Below are positions 40,789-49,740 of a stretch of 64,000 nucleotides of DNA, piece after piece. The notes under the pieces were generated by a model. It made no database searches, was not told the origin of the DNA, and saw only the letters and a program-made list of their open reading frames with translations. Both the position numbers and the translations under genes were made by a program. The stretch's first letter is position 1; each line of letters opens with the position of its first letter. The DNA is from a candidate division TM6 bacterium GW2011_GWF2_28_16 (GTDB taxonomy: Bacteria; Patescibacteriota; Microgenomatia; UBA1400; PJMF01), in contig CP011212.1 in assembly GCA_001029715.1 (NCBI GenBank), positions 705,066 to 769,065 on the forward strand. The letters run 5' to 3'.

Positions 40789-41757
40789 TTATTTGCGATC
40801 TGCGCGACCGGCTTTGTAGGCAGCGGTGATTTGATCAACAAAAAATTTAATACTTTTAACGGCGTCATCATTGCCTGGCAAAACAAATTGCACTGGTCTT
40901 GGATCGCTATCTGAGTCGATTAAAGCAATTACTGGAACATTAACATTATTTGCTTCAGCGACGACGATTCTTTCTTTCTTTGGATCGACTACAAAAATAC
41001 AATCTGGCTTGCTCTTCAAACCTTTAAGTCCACCAAAGAAACGCTCTAGCTTAATTTGTTCTTTTTCAAGTTGGACGCGTTCATACTTGGTATAACCCTT
41101 ATATCTATCAGTTGCCAAACCTTCACGGATTTCTTCCATACGTTTGATAGATTTACTGACTTGAGGCCAGTTGGTTAACATACCACCCATCCAACGAGCA
41201 TTGATGTAAAAGCAAGAAGCGTCCAAAGCAGCCTCTTTGATAACTTCACGTGCTTGTTTCTTAGTACCGACTAAGACTAGGGTTTTGCCCTCTTTGGCGA
41301 GGTTGTAGACATAGGAATAAGCTTCTTCTAAAAGACCGGCGACCTTTGGCAAATCAAAAAGATGGATACCATCTTTTTCACTATAAATATATTCATCCAT
41401 TTTTGGATGCCATTTACTGGCTTTGTGACCAAAGTGACAACCCAGCTCAAGCATTTCTTGAAGATCAAATTCTGGATTTTTAGTAGCAACTGGTCTTACT
41501 TCGGTTTTAGTTTCTTCAGTTTTGGCTTCTTCTGCTTTTACTTCGACTTTGACTTCTTCAACTTTTGGAGTTTCGATTTTAGGAGTAGCAACTGGAGCTG
41601 CTTCAACTTTGACAGCGGCTTTCTTAGGAGCAACTTTCTCAGCGGCAACCTTAGCTGGAGCTTTTTTGACTACTTTCTTAGCGGCTGGTTTAACGGCAAC
41701 CTTAGCGGTAGTTTTTTTAACTGAAACTTTTTTGGCGGTCTTTTTGACTTCTGCCAT
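40789..41757 (-). CDS. rpsB: 30S ribosomal protein S2 with an about 100-aa Lys/Ala/Val-rich N-terminal extension
   Basis: [24 protein letters not shown] S2 signature. N-terminus is [16 protein letters not shown]-type low complexity. Confidence 0.9.
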   Translation of the reverse strand: [322 protein letters not shown]

Positions 41758-41863
41758 AATTTTTGTCCTTTTTTTATTTCCGCTTTTTAAAGCGAAAAAC
41801 GGTGCTTAGAGCTAAATAAGGATTGGCTCTAAGGCACACAAGTTTGTAATTGGTTGGATTATA

Positions 41864-42916
41864 TCATGGGCTGAGGTCTTTTCCAACAATAAACTGGTTA
41901 AAATCACCTAGGATTTTTTGAGGAAAAGACCTTAGTAAATCCAAAGCATTCGCCATCAAGGAAACCACCGTCATCGGTCCAACGCCATTCGGCACCGGCG
42001 TAATGAAGTCTGCTTTATTTAAACAACTCGGTAAATCGATATCACCCTGTGGTTCACCGACATCAATAATAATACTGTGATCGGCAATCAAATCGCCTTT
42101 GATTAAGTTTTTCTGACCAGTGGCACTGATAATGACGCGAAAATCTGATAGGGATTTTTTTTGTTCAATCAGTTCTGCTAATCCCTGCTTACCAACTAAT
42201 TTAACTTCGCATTTATTTTTAGATACCTGCGACTCGCTAACAGCAACTTGGCAAACCTCGCCAAAAGTTTGTGGAACTGTGGCACCCTTTTGCATTAGAT
42301 TTTGCATGTGCCAATATAAAGGTCTTCCTAATAAATCTGATTGACCAATAATCAAAACTTTTTCTGTTAAGTATGAAAAATCTGAATCTACATTAGCTCG
42401 ATAATCTTTGAGAATTGATAAAACTGCACGGGCTGTGGCTGGCAAAACCATTTGATCTTGCATCCAAGTGCCATTTTTAATTGCTTCTAAAGTAGCTGGC
42501 GCCAAACCATCCACATCTTTATTCACACCGTGAGATTTTTTGGTGGCAATTTTTGAAACTAGGCTTCCCCACCACTCGTTAAAATCGCCGTTTGGCACGC
42601 TTTCTAGCCATTTTTTTGTCCACGGTTTTTGAATAATAATGCCAGTCACGCTGGGGTCAGCATTGAGTTCTTCAATATATTTTTGAATCTCTTCAACTGG
42701 ACTAGCAAAAGAAAATTCTTTAGCTTGATAAGCAATTCCCAAGCTCTCAGCGGTTTGTTTTTTAAGTGAAGTATAAAGAATTGAAGCCTGATCTTCATGG
42801 AAAAAAATTGCCACCACCTTGGGATAGATTCCCTTAGCATGATAGGCCATTACTTTTTGCTTGAGCTTGAGCTCCTTTTGCTTGGCTAGTTTTTCGCCGT
42901 CAAAAATTATGGTCAT
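41864..42916 (-). CDS. folD: Bifunctional methylenetetrahydrofolate dehydrogenase/cyclohydrolase FolD (with an internal insertion)
   Basis: IIFDGEKLAKQ N-terminus, DVDGL, ITPVPNGVGPMTV. 350 aa versus about 285 typical. Confidence 0.85.
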   Translation of the reverse strand: MTIIFDGEKLAKQKELKLKQKVMAYHAKGIYPKVVAIFFHEDQASILYTSLKKQTAESLGIAYQAKEFSFASPVEEIQKYIEELNADPSVTGIIIQKPWTKKWLESVPNGDFNEWWGSLVSKIATKKSHGVNKDVDGLAPATLEAIKNGTWMQDQMVLPATARAVLSILKDYRANVDSDFSYLTEKVLIIGQSDLLGRPLYWHMQNLMQKGATVPQTFGEVCQVAVSESQVSKNKCEVKLVGKQGLAELIEQKKSLSDFRVIISATGQKNLIKGDLIADHSIIIDVGEPQGDIDLPSCLNKADFITPVPNGVGPMTVVSLMANALDLLRSFPQKILGDFNQFIVGKDLSP

Positions 42917-42925
42917 AATGTTGTT

Positions 42926-44251
42926 TTACCAAGCAAACAAAGGAAAAGTCTTTGCCATTTCCTTAACTTCCTTACGAATTGCCAAAAGAGTTTCGTCTTT
43001 AATCATACGAGCTTTGAAATCTTTCAGAAAGACGCGGCGCGTGGTTTTTAGAGCTGGCAATTGTTCGCCTTTTATATGGTCAACTACCCTGGCAATCCAT
43101 TGAGCAATTTTTGTCATCTCTTGCTCTTTCATACCTCTGGTAGTAACTAGTGGCGTACCGATACGAATGCCCGACGGATAGAAAGGTGAACAAGGTTCAC
43201 CTGGAATAGTATTGCGGTTAGCATAGATCCCCGCCACATCCATAGCAAAAGCCACCTGCGTGCCAAAACCATCGCCAAAAGAAGTCAAATCGATCAAAAT
43301 TAAGTGGTTTTCTGTACCATCACCGACCAATTTGAGACCTTCTTGTTGCAAAGCAGTAGCCATGGCATCGGCATTCTTGCGGATTTGTTTTCCATATTCA
43401 ATAAATCCTGGTCTTGCGGCTTCGCCTGCAGCTATCGCTATGGCCGCAGTGTTTTCATTATGTGGACCACCTTGCAAAGCCGGAAAGACGGCTTTGTCAA
43501 TCTTATCAGCCAAATCTGGATCTTTTTCCAAACCCTTGTTTGTAACCATAATCATCGCTCCACGCGGGCCTCTAAAAGTTTTATGCGTGGTCGACATAAC
43601 AATGTGCGCATGAGGTACGGGACTCTGATGCTCTCCTGCGATAACCAAGCCAGTAATATGAGAAATATCAGCCAATAAATAAGCACCCACTTCGTCGGCA
43701 ATCTCTGCAAATTTCGCAAAATCCAAAACAAAAGGATAAGCCGTGGTACCAGCGATAATTAGTTTTGGTTTATGTTCAAGTGCTAAGCGACGTAATTCTT
43801 TGAAATCAATGCGTGCATTTTCATCGAGACCGTATTGAATTGAATTGAAATAACGACCAGAGAAAGTCACTTTTGGATGTCCATGAGTTAAATGCCCACC
43901 GCTAGAAAGAGCCAAACCCATAATGGTGTCCCCTTCTTCAAGTAAAGCAAACTCTACAGCACTATTTGCTGGTGAGCCAGAATAAGGTTGGACGTTGACG
44001 TGAGGCACTTTGAAAAGTTCTTTCAAGCGCTTTTGAGCTTCAATCTCTATTTCATCAATTACCTGATTACCTTCGTAATAGCGGCGTTTAGGATAACCTT
44101 CGGCATATTTGCTAGATAAACAAGAACTGAGGACGCTGCGAACAGCCTCTGAGCTATGATTTTCTGAAGGAATTAAGCCAATCATTTCTGTTTGGCGCTC
44201 TTCTTCTTTTTTTACTAAATCGAAAATTGGATCTTGGTTCTGTTTTTGCAT
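42926..44251 (-). CDS. glyA: Serine hydroxymethyltransferase
   Basis: SKYAEGYPKRRYYEG, SGGHLTHG, and the PLP-lysine region STTHKTFRGPRGA. Confidence 0.95.
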   Translation of the reverse strand: MQKQNQDPIFDLVKKEEERQTEMIGLIPSENHSSEAVRSVLSSCLSSKYAEGYPKRRYYEGNQVIDEIEIEAQKRLKELFKVPHVNVQPYSGSPANSAVEFALLEEGDTIMGLALSSGGHLTHGHPKVTFSGRYFNSIQYGLDENARIDFKELRRLALEHKPKLIIAGTTAYPFVLDFAKFAEIADEVGAYLLADISHITGLVIAGEHQSPVPHAHIVMSTTHKTFRGPRGAMIMVTNKGLEKDPDLADKIDKAVFPALQGGPHNENTAAIAIAAGEAARPGFIEYGKQIRKNADAMATALQQEGLKLVGDGTENHLILIDLTSFGDGFGTQVAFAMDVAGIYANRNTIPGEPCSPFYPSGIRIGTPLVTTRGMKEQEMTKIAQWIARVVDHIKGEQLPALKTTRRVFLKDFKARMIKDETLLAIRKEVKEMAKTFPLFAW

Positions 44252-44279
44252 TTGAATTCCTTTATTTGATTGTAACTTG

Positions 44280-44978
44280 TTAAGATTTTTTTAGCCAATT
44301 AACTGCTAAATACGTTATTGGAGTCTCGACCATTGAAAACAAACATTTTAGTCCCCAATATGGTAAAACCAGTGACCAAACAAAATTTGCATTAGCTCCA
44401 TCGAAAAAAGCTAAAAACATAAAAATACTGGTATCAAAAAATAAACTAATAATGTTTGAGGCGTTGCTGCGTAACCACAAACCACTGCCTTGTAAACGGG
44501 CACGAATTTTGGCAAAAATATAAATATCTAGGCGCTCAGCTAAGAAAAAAGCCACTAGACTAGCTAGAGTCATGCGCAATGATTTAGCAAAAATTGTCTG
44601 GTAGGCTGGTTCAAAAGCTGCCGAACGAGTGCTGGGAGGCAAACTAATCGCTAGAATATTAAATAAAGCTAATAAAAACAAAATAATAAAAGTACTGCGC
44701 ATGAAGCTTAAAGAACGAGCTTTGCCCTCTACTTCAGTTACTACGTCGTTAATAATGAAAGTAATTGGCAAAGTAAAAATTGCCACTGAAGCATTAAGAA
44801 AAAATAAAGGGAAGGTTTTAGCTCCCATTAATTCTGCTGCCACAATCGAGGTAATATAAATTGCTAATAATAAATCAAGTTTGCGTTCGCGCGAGCTGAC
44901 TAGGCTTTTAACTACACTACTTGTTTGGATTGTTTTTTTCATCTGATTTTTCTTTCTAATTTTAATAAATAAATACAT
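44280..44978 (-). CDS. Polytopic membrane protein, possibly a YhhQ/DUF165-family queuosine-precursor transporter
   Basis: Six predicted TM segments. Size and loose resemblance only; a weak call. Confidence 0.35.
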   Translation of the reverse strand: MYLFIKIRKKNQMKKTIQTSSVVKSLVSSRERKLDLLLAIYITSIVAAELMGAKTFPLFFLNASVAIFTLPITFIINDVVTEVEGKARSLSFMRSTFIILFLLALFNILAISLPPSTRSAAFEPAYQTIFAKSLRMTLASLVAFFLAERLDIYIFAKIRARLQGSGLWLRSNASNIISLFFDTSIFMFLAFFDGANANFVWSLVLPYWGLKCLFSMVETPITYLAVNWLKKS

Positions 44979-45091
44979 TTTGTCACCAAAAAGGTGCCAA
45001 AAATCATACCAAAAGAAAAACCATTAGAGAGTGGCGTAGGAGAGCTGGAAGTGAAATACAGCTTTAAACATAAAGTGATTTTACCACAATA

Positions 45092-46000
45092 TTATCCAAC
45101 ATAAACTGGCGCATTAGTTGTAATTGATTTTTGGATTGCTTTGATTTCTTCTGGTTTGGCTGACTGTCTGAATTGCTCAAAATTATGTCCTTTTGCCAAT
45201 AACTCACCTGGTAAGCGTGAAATTGTTTTTATTTTGCCACTTTCACAAAGCATTTCAAAAAGTTCTAAATGAGTATTAGACTTGAGTATTAAACCATTAG
45301 CTAAAGCTTTGGCTAAATATTTTTCTAATAGATCGGCTTCAATCGGGCTAGCCATCACTTCAATCCAATCAGAAAAATGATGTAAGCGACTATTTATAGT
45401 TACAGTGGCAATTTGCCAAACAGCTTTAATATGACCAGTCTTTGGATGAACATAGGTTTGATAAAGCTCTTTTCTCAAATCCTCATACATTTCTTCTGGA
45501 AGAAAATCTGTCTCACGATCTAGCTTATGCTGTTGAGAAAGCTCTCCTGTCTGACCATTAGCAACAAAAGCATTAATATCGGCACCAAGAAAAATAATGC
45601 CTTTAAATAAACTATCGATTACATGCTCTGCTAAATCATTTTTAAATGCTAAATTTAACTGATTAAAAAGAAAAATTAACTCTGGAAATTTATCTTCCAT
45701 ATATTCATAACGTGCAACTTCTGCCTTGTATTTACTGACTTCAACTGCATTGATAGAACTTGGCTCATCTTTTGTCGAAGGTAATTGCAAAACGTTACCA
45801 TTGGCAAAATCTATGTTTGGCGCAACTAAAGATTGAACAATACGCATCGCTGCCTCAGCTTTTGGATATTTGCCCGTGTTAATGATGAGTTTGTTGATGT
45901 CTTCGAAAGCACTACGCAACGCCCTTCTCCGCTCTGTTCTAGCCGATTGTTCAGCTTGAATATTTTGAGCTTGTGGAGAATAAACAATGTTCTCGTACAT
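45092..46000 (-). CDS. Hypothetical protein
   Basis: 302-aa soluble ORF co-directional with the PRTase gene. No motif recognised. Confidence 0.5.
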   Translation of the reverse strand: MYENIVYSPQAQNIQAEQSARTERRRALRSAFEDINKLIINTGKYPKAEAAMRIVQSLVAPNIDFANGNVLQLPSTKDEPSSINAVEVSKYKAEVARYEYMEDKFPELIFLFNQLNLAFKNDLAEHVIDSLFKGIIFLGADINAFVANGQTGELSQQHKLDRETDFLPEEMYEDLRKELYQTYVHPKTGHIKAVWQIATVTINSRLHHFSDWIEVMASPIEADLLEKYLAKALANGLILKSNTHLELFEMLCESGKIKTISRLPGELLAKGHNFEQFRQSAKPEEIKAIQKSITTNAPVYVG

Positions 46001-46013
46001 TAAATTTTATGAT

Positions 46014-46607
46014 TTATAAATCTAAAACTTCTTGACTTAGACCTATTTCCTTATGCCTCTTTGAGATTTCCGTTTCAATGGCGCCTTGTTTCTCCCAGCT
46101 CTTACCAAGTAAATCTCTCATTTCTCTCTTCTCAAACGGAAAAATAATCCAAGCATCAGAATCTGCTCCATGAAAATCAGGCATAAATGTTGACCATGGT
46201 TTAATGAATAAAGTAGCAGTTTTAACCTCCGAAGCACCTTCTTTTAACAAATAATCTTGAGTAAAGCTTAGTGATTCTCCAGTATCAGCCACATCATCAA
46301 AAATTAGAATCTTTTTACCTTTGATAGCGGTTGGAATTTGCTGGTAAATCTCTGGCTTATCGAGGCGCTTATTAATGCCACTGTAAAATTTTACTCCCAA
46401 GCTAGCCAATTCTTTAATTCCTGTGTAATCAAAAAAAGAACGACTCATTGGCCAAGCCCCTTTAGCCAAAGCAATGATTAAGTCAAATTTGATATCTGAC
46501 TCTTTAATTTGTTTAGCCACCTGCAGAGTTAGTTCGTCAAGTTGATCCCAGCTAGGGGTAACGTACTTAGCCTTGTCGCCGGTAAATCTGATTTCTTTAA
46601 AAGTCAT
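46014..46607 (-). CDS. Phosphoribosyltransferase-domain protein (purine PRTase-like)
   Basis: PRPP-binding motif KILIFDDVADTGESL. Start moved to the ATG at 46607, which has an AAGGA RBS; the track start at 46628 is a GTG. Confidence 0.7.
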   Translation of the reverse strand: MTFKEIRFTGDKAKYVTPSWDQLDELTLQVAKQIKESDIKFDLIIALAKGAWPMSRSFFDYTGIKELASLGVKFYSGINKRLDKPEIYQQIPTAIKGKKILIFDDVADTGESLSFTQDYLLKEGASEVKTATLFIKPWSTFMPDFHGADSDAWIIFPFEKREMRDLLGKSWEKQGAIETEISKRHKEIGLSQEVLDL

Positions 46608-46775
46608 AATAGTTTCCTTTTTATGCACTTAAAATAAAAAAAGACGCTTAGTTTTTCTTATTCGCTTGGTGTCCCCCTAATCAGTGATTAGGTTTGTTGC
46701 TTGGGAATACGAAAAACGAAACGTCTTTTCGCACTCTTACTACTTTTTAATAGATGAATTTTAACATGCCATTTT

Positions 46776-47624
46776 TTATACAACAAGTTCTAAAACTTCT
46801 TTTAGATCTTTTGTTAAAGGCGCTTGTATCTTTACTTTTTTCTTTGATCTTGGATGATTAAACTCTAACGAGAGAGCATGTAAAAATTGTCGAGAACACC
46901 AAAAACTATCCATTCTGCTATGTTTGCGACCAGCATAAAGCTGATCGCCAACTAAAGGATGTTGCATAGCTGACATGTGAACTCTAATTTGATGAGTACG
47001 ACCAGTTTTTGGTTCTATTTCTACTAAAGAAAAACCAGCTTGATAAAGTTCGCGTACTTTTTTGATTTTAATTTTGCTTTGGGCAACTAGTGAAAGAATT
47101 AAATCTTCTTTCAAAGTAGTAAATTCTTTTTCCACTCGATAATTACTAACTGCCTCTTTACCAGCGTTGTCCACCGCAAATTTTAGACGATTGCGACCAC
47201 TACGACTCATCGGAGCCTTAATCTGACCAGATTTTTCTGTCAAATGGCCATGAACTAAAGCGAGATAAGTTTTTTGTGTTTGACGCTTTTTAAACTGAGC
47301 TAAAAGATTGACTAGTGAACCAGGATTTTTAGCCAAAATTAAAACACCACTGGTGTCTCTATCCAAGCGATGAACAATCCCCAATCTTTCTTTCCAAACC
47401 TCTAAAGGCTCACCAAACTCATTACTAAAATCTGCTGGAATTAATTGCTGATAATCTGGATTAGCTTGCCAATATTCATCCTTAAAATAATCTTCGCCAA
47501 ATTTTTCTACAAACCAATCTTGAACAGTTGCTTCTTTTACCGTGACTGCCCTATTAACTACTAGGCCACTCGGCTTGTTAATCAGCAATAAATCTTGGTC
47601 TTCGTACAAAATATCTAGATTCAT
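46776..47624 (-). CDS. RluA-family pseudouridine synthase (RluD/RluC-like, no S4 domain)
   Basis: Catalytic motif GIVHRLDRDTSGVLILAKN. 282 aa. Confidence 0.85.
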   Translation of the reverse strand: MNLDILYEDQDLLLINKPSGLVVNRAVTVKEATVQDWFVEKFGEDYFKDEYWQANPDYQQLIPADFSNEFGEPLEVWKERLGIVHRLDRDTSGVLILAKNPGSLVNLLAQFKKRQTQKTYLALVHGHLTEKSGQIKAPMSRSGRNRLKFAVDNAGKEAVSNYRVEKEFTTLKEDLILSLVAQSKIKIKKVRELYQAGFSLVEIEPKTGRTHQIRVHMSAMQHPLVGDQLYAGRKHSRMDSFWCSRQFLHALSLEFNHPRSKKKVKIQAPLTKDLKEVLELVV

Positions 47625-48412
47625 GATTTTTTAAAGAAACTAAAGGTTCGACCAGATCTTCTGTAGAGAAGCATTAGACCAAAAACTAACATCGCTAAAT
47701 AAATAAAATAGTCCAAACTAATATTAGCAATAAATAGTCCAGGCAAACGAACTGTTTCAGTTAACAAATGAAAAGTGGCAGTAAAGATCAAAAAAGTACT
47801 AAAAAGAAAGCCTGATTGAGCAGTCTTTTTGCCACTGCGATACCACTCTAAAGTACGATAAATATATTCGATTTTGCTTAAATAAATATAAGCTAATAAA
47901 TAGTATAAAAATGAATAAAGTTGAGCTGGATGAGTTTTTTCAAAAGTACCAATCGTAATAACTCCCCATGGTAAATTAGTAAAAGTTCCGCCATAACTAC
48001 CATCCAAGAAAAAGCCAACATAAATAAAAACCATTCCTAAACTAATTGCTGTCACATAAAAATCCAAAATTTCAAAAGCATCCCATTTGCGTTTATTAGC
48101 ATAGCGATAAAGAAATAGCACCGCCGCAACTAAAGCAACGAATGGCATATTGCCAGACTTCTCTACTACATTAAAAATATTAATAATATTTTGGCTAAAA
48201 CTAGCCCAATGAGAAATTACAAAAACTATTCTGCCAACGATAAAACCAAACAACCCAGACAATAAGAAGGCATCAAAGATTTCAAAAGTATTGTAATGTT
48301 CTTCTCTGCCCTTGCGCCAAAAAATAAAAGCAGAAAAAAAGACTGCAAAAAAAGCCAAAAGTGTTAGTGATTTGAGTTTTAAAAATGGCAGTTCAAAAAG
48401 AATAGGTAACAT
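47621..48412 (-). CDS. lgt: Prolipoprotein diacylglyceryl transferase
   Basis: GRIVFVISHW (Lgt G-R motif) and HPAQLYSFLYYLL (HPSQLYE signature). Multi-TM. Confidence 0.8.
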   Translation of the reverse strand: MLPILFELPFLKLKSLTLLAFFAVFFSAFIFWRKGREEHYNTFEIFDAFLLSGLFGFIVGRIVFVISHWASFSQNIINIFNVVEKSGNMPFVALVAAVLFLYRYANKRKWDAFEILDFYVTAISLGMVFIYVGFFLDGSYGGTFTNLPWGVITIGTFEKTHPAQLYSFLYYLLAYIYLSKIEYIYRTLEWYRSGKKTAQSGFLFSTFLIFTATFHLLTETVRLPGLFIANISLDYFIYLAMLVFGLMLLYRRSGRTFSFFKKS

Positions 48413-48504
48413 AATGTGGTGTACCCTGCGGGTACTAACCCAGGTTTGCTACGCAAACTTGGCGGTGCCCTCTTCGAGGACTAGTCGGGCGCGTTTCGCT
48501 CGAC

Positions 48505-48590
48505 GGTGCCGGGAGAGGGAATCGAACCCTCATGAAGTTGCCTTCATAGGTTTTTGAGACCTACGCGTCTACCAATTCCGCCATCTCGGC
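48505..48590 (-). tRNA. tRNA-Leu (anticodon CAA), type II with a long variable arm
   Basis: Reverse complement GCCGAGATGGCGGAATTGGTAGACGCGTAGGTCTCAAAAACCTATGAAGGCAACTTCATGAGGGTTCGATTCCCTCTCCCGGCACC. The D-arm is identical to bacterial tRNA-Leu. Anticodon loop CUCAAAA. Confidence 0.85.
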
Positions 48591-48641
48591 TAAAAGACAT
48601 TCACAAAAGACTTATATATTCTACCTTAAATTCTCTACAGA

Positions 48642-49418
48642 TCAATCAAACAAGTCAATAATTTCCTTATACGAGCCATCTATTGGTAAAACTAAATCAA
48701 AAACTTTTTTGAAATGTTCTAAATTATTACTGCCAAAAGCCACTTTATAAGTGAAATCAAAGTCAATTCCCTTAGCCATCTTGACGTCATCCAGACCATC
48801 CCCAATCAAAAGACAATGACGACGCTCTGGAGAAGCATCTAATAAATTATCTTTTATGAGCAAAGCACCGGTTTTATTAGAGGTATGAATGATTGGTTGA
48901 ACCATTTCTAAAAGAAAATTTTTCTCATCAAAGACCACCTCATTGCTAAAAATCTTAACATTGCTTGTAAAAAGATCTTCTTTCTCCAAAAGGTATTTGA
49001 TTACCAAATTTCCAAAACCAGAGGCAGAAAAAATGATTAATGGTATTTCCTTTTCTTGCAAAAGTTTCAAAAAATCTAACAACTGATCTCTCCACTGTAA
49101 AAGCGGTGAATGACAAATTTCCAGAAGCATATCTCTAGTAACACCAGATTCTTTTATTACCTCAAAACTTTTCTCCCACCACTCTTGCATTAACAACATT
49201 TTTTCTTTTTCATCTATATAAGGATCGAACTCTATTGGATAATAATGATCAAACAAGTCCCTGCATTCTTTTAAACTGGACTCATCCATATATTTTTCGT
49301 CTCTTAAAAGATCCATTAAAGCAGAGCCTCTTCCACCTTTTATTCCTTTTTTGGTAAAAGTGCCGTCAAAGTCAGCAATGACAATTGTATTTTTTGGATC
49401 CAATTGAATTTTTTCCAT
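48642..49418 (-). CDS. HAD-superfamily hydrolase (nucleotidase/phosphatase-like)
   Basis: Motif I ADFDGTFT, motif IV LLIGDGLDDVKMAKG. Confidence 0.7.
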   Translation of the reverse strand: MEKIQLDPKNTIVIADFDGTFTKKGIKGGRGSALMDLLRDEKYMDESSLKECRDLFDHYYPIEFDPYIDEKEKMLLMQEWWEKSFEVIKESGVTRDMLLEICHSPLLQWRDQLLDFLKLLQEKEIPLIIFSASGFGNLVIKYLLEKEDLFTSNVKIFSNEVVFDEKNFLLEMVQPIIHTSNKTGALLIKDNLLDASPERRHCLLIGDGLDDVKMAKGIDFDFTYKVAFGSNNLEHFKKVFDLVLPIDGSYKEIIDLFD

Positions 49419-49500
49419 AAATTTAATCGTTACTCACACAAAAAGATATGGTATCACATCGCCACTTGCCTCTCCAACAAAAATCCGTCATATTTAAACT

Positions 49501-49734
49501 ATGGACGCAATTAGAGATCTAGTAATCAAAGCTTTCGCTGTGGACAGCATTTGGTCAATAATTATCAGAGGTATTATTTGGATTGTCATCGCCATGATTA
49601 TTATTGTTAGCGTTGATAACCCAAATTACGATGTTTCAAGCAAAAAGCTCAAGGCAAATCTTGGTTTCTTCACCATGTTCTTGCTTTTATCTGGAGGATT
49701 AATTTATCTACTCTTCGGCATTGGCGCACAGTAA
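49501..49734 (+). CDS. Hypothetical small membrane protein
   Basis: 77 aa with two hydrophobic helices. Confidence 0.3.
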   Translation: MDAIRDLVIKAFAVDSIWSIIIRGIIWIVIAMIIIVSVDNPNYDVSSKKLKANLGFFTMFLLLSGGLIYLLFGIGAQ

Positions 49735-49740
49735 AATACC

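Noticed and set aside
41362-41809. Plus-strand ORFs 41362-41724 and 41522-41809
   Set aside because: They are antisense to the low-complexity Lys/Ala-rich N-terminus of rpsB. Their Phe/Ser/Gly-rich translations are artefacts of the repeat.
48312-48557. Plus-strand ORF 48312-48557
   Set aside because: It overlaps the lgt start and the tRNA-Leu gene, and its translation is Arg/Ser-rich junk from GC-rich hairpin sequence.
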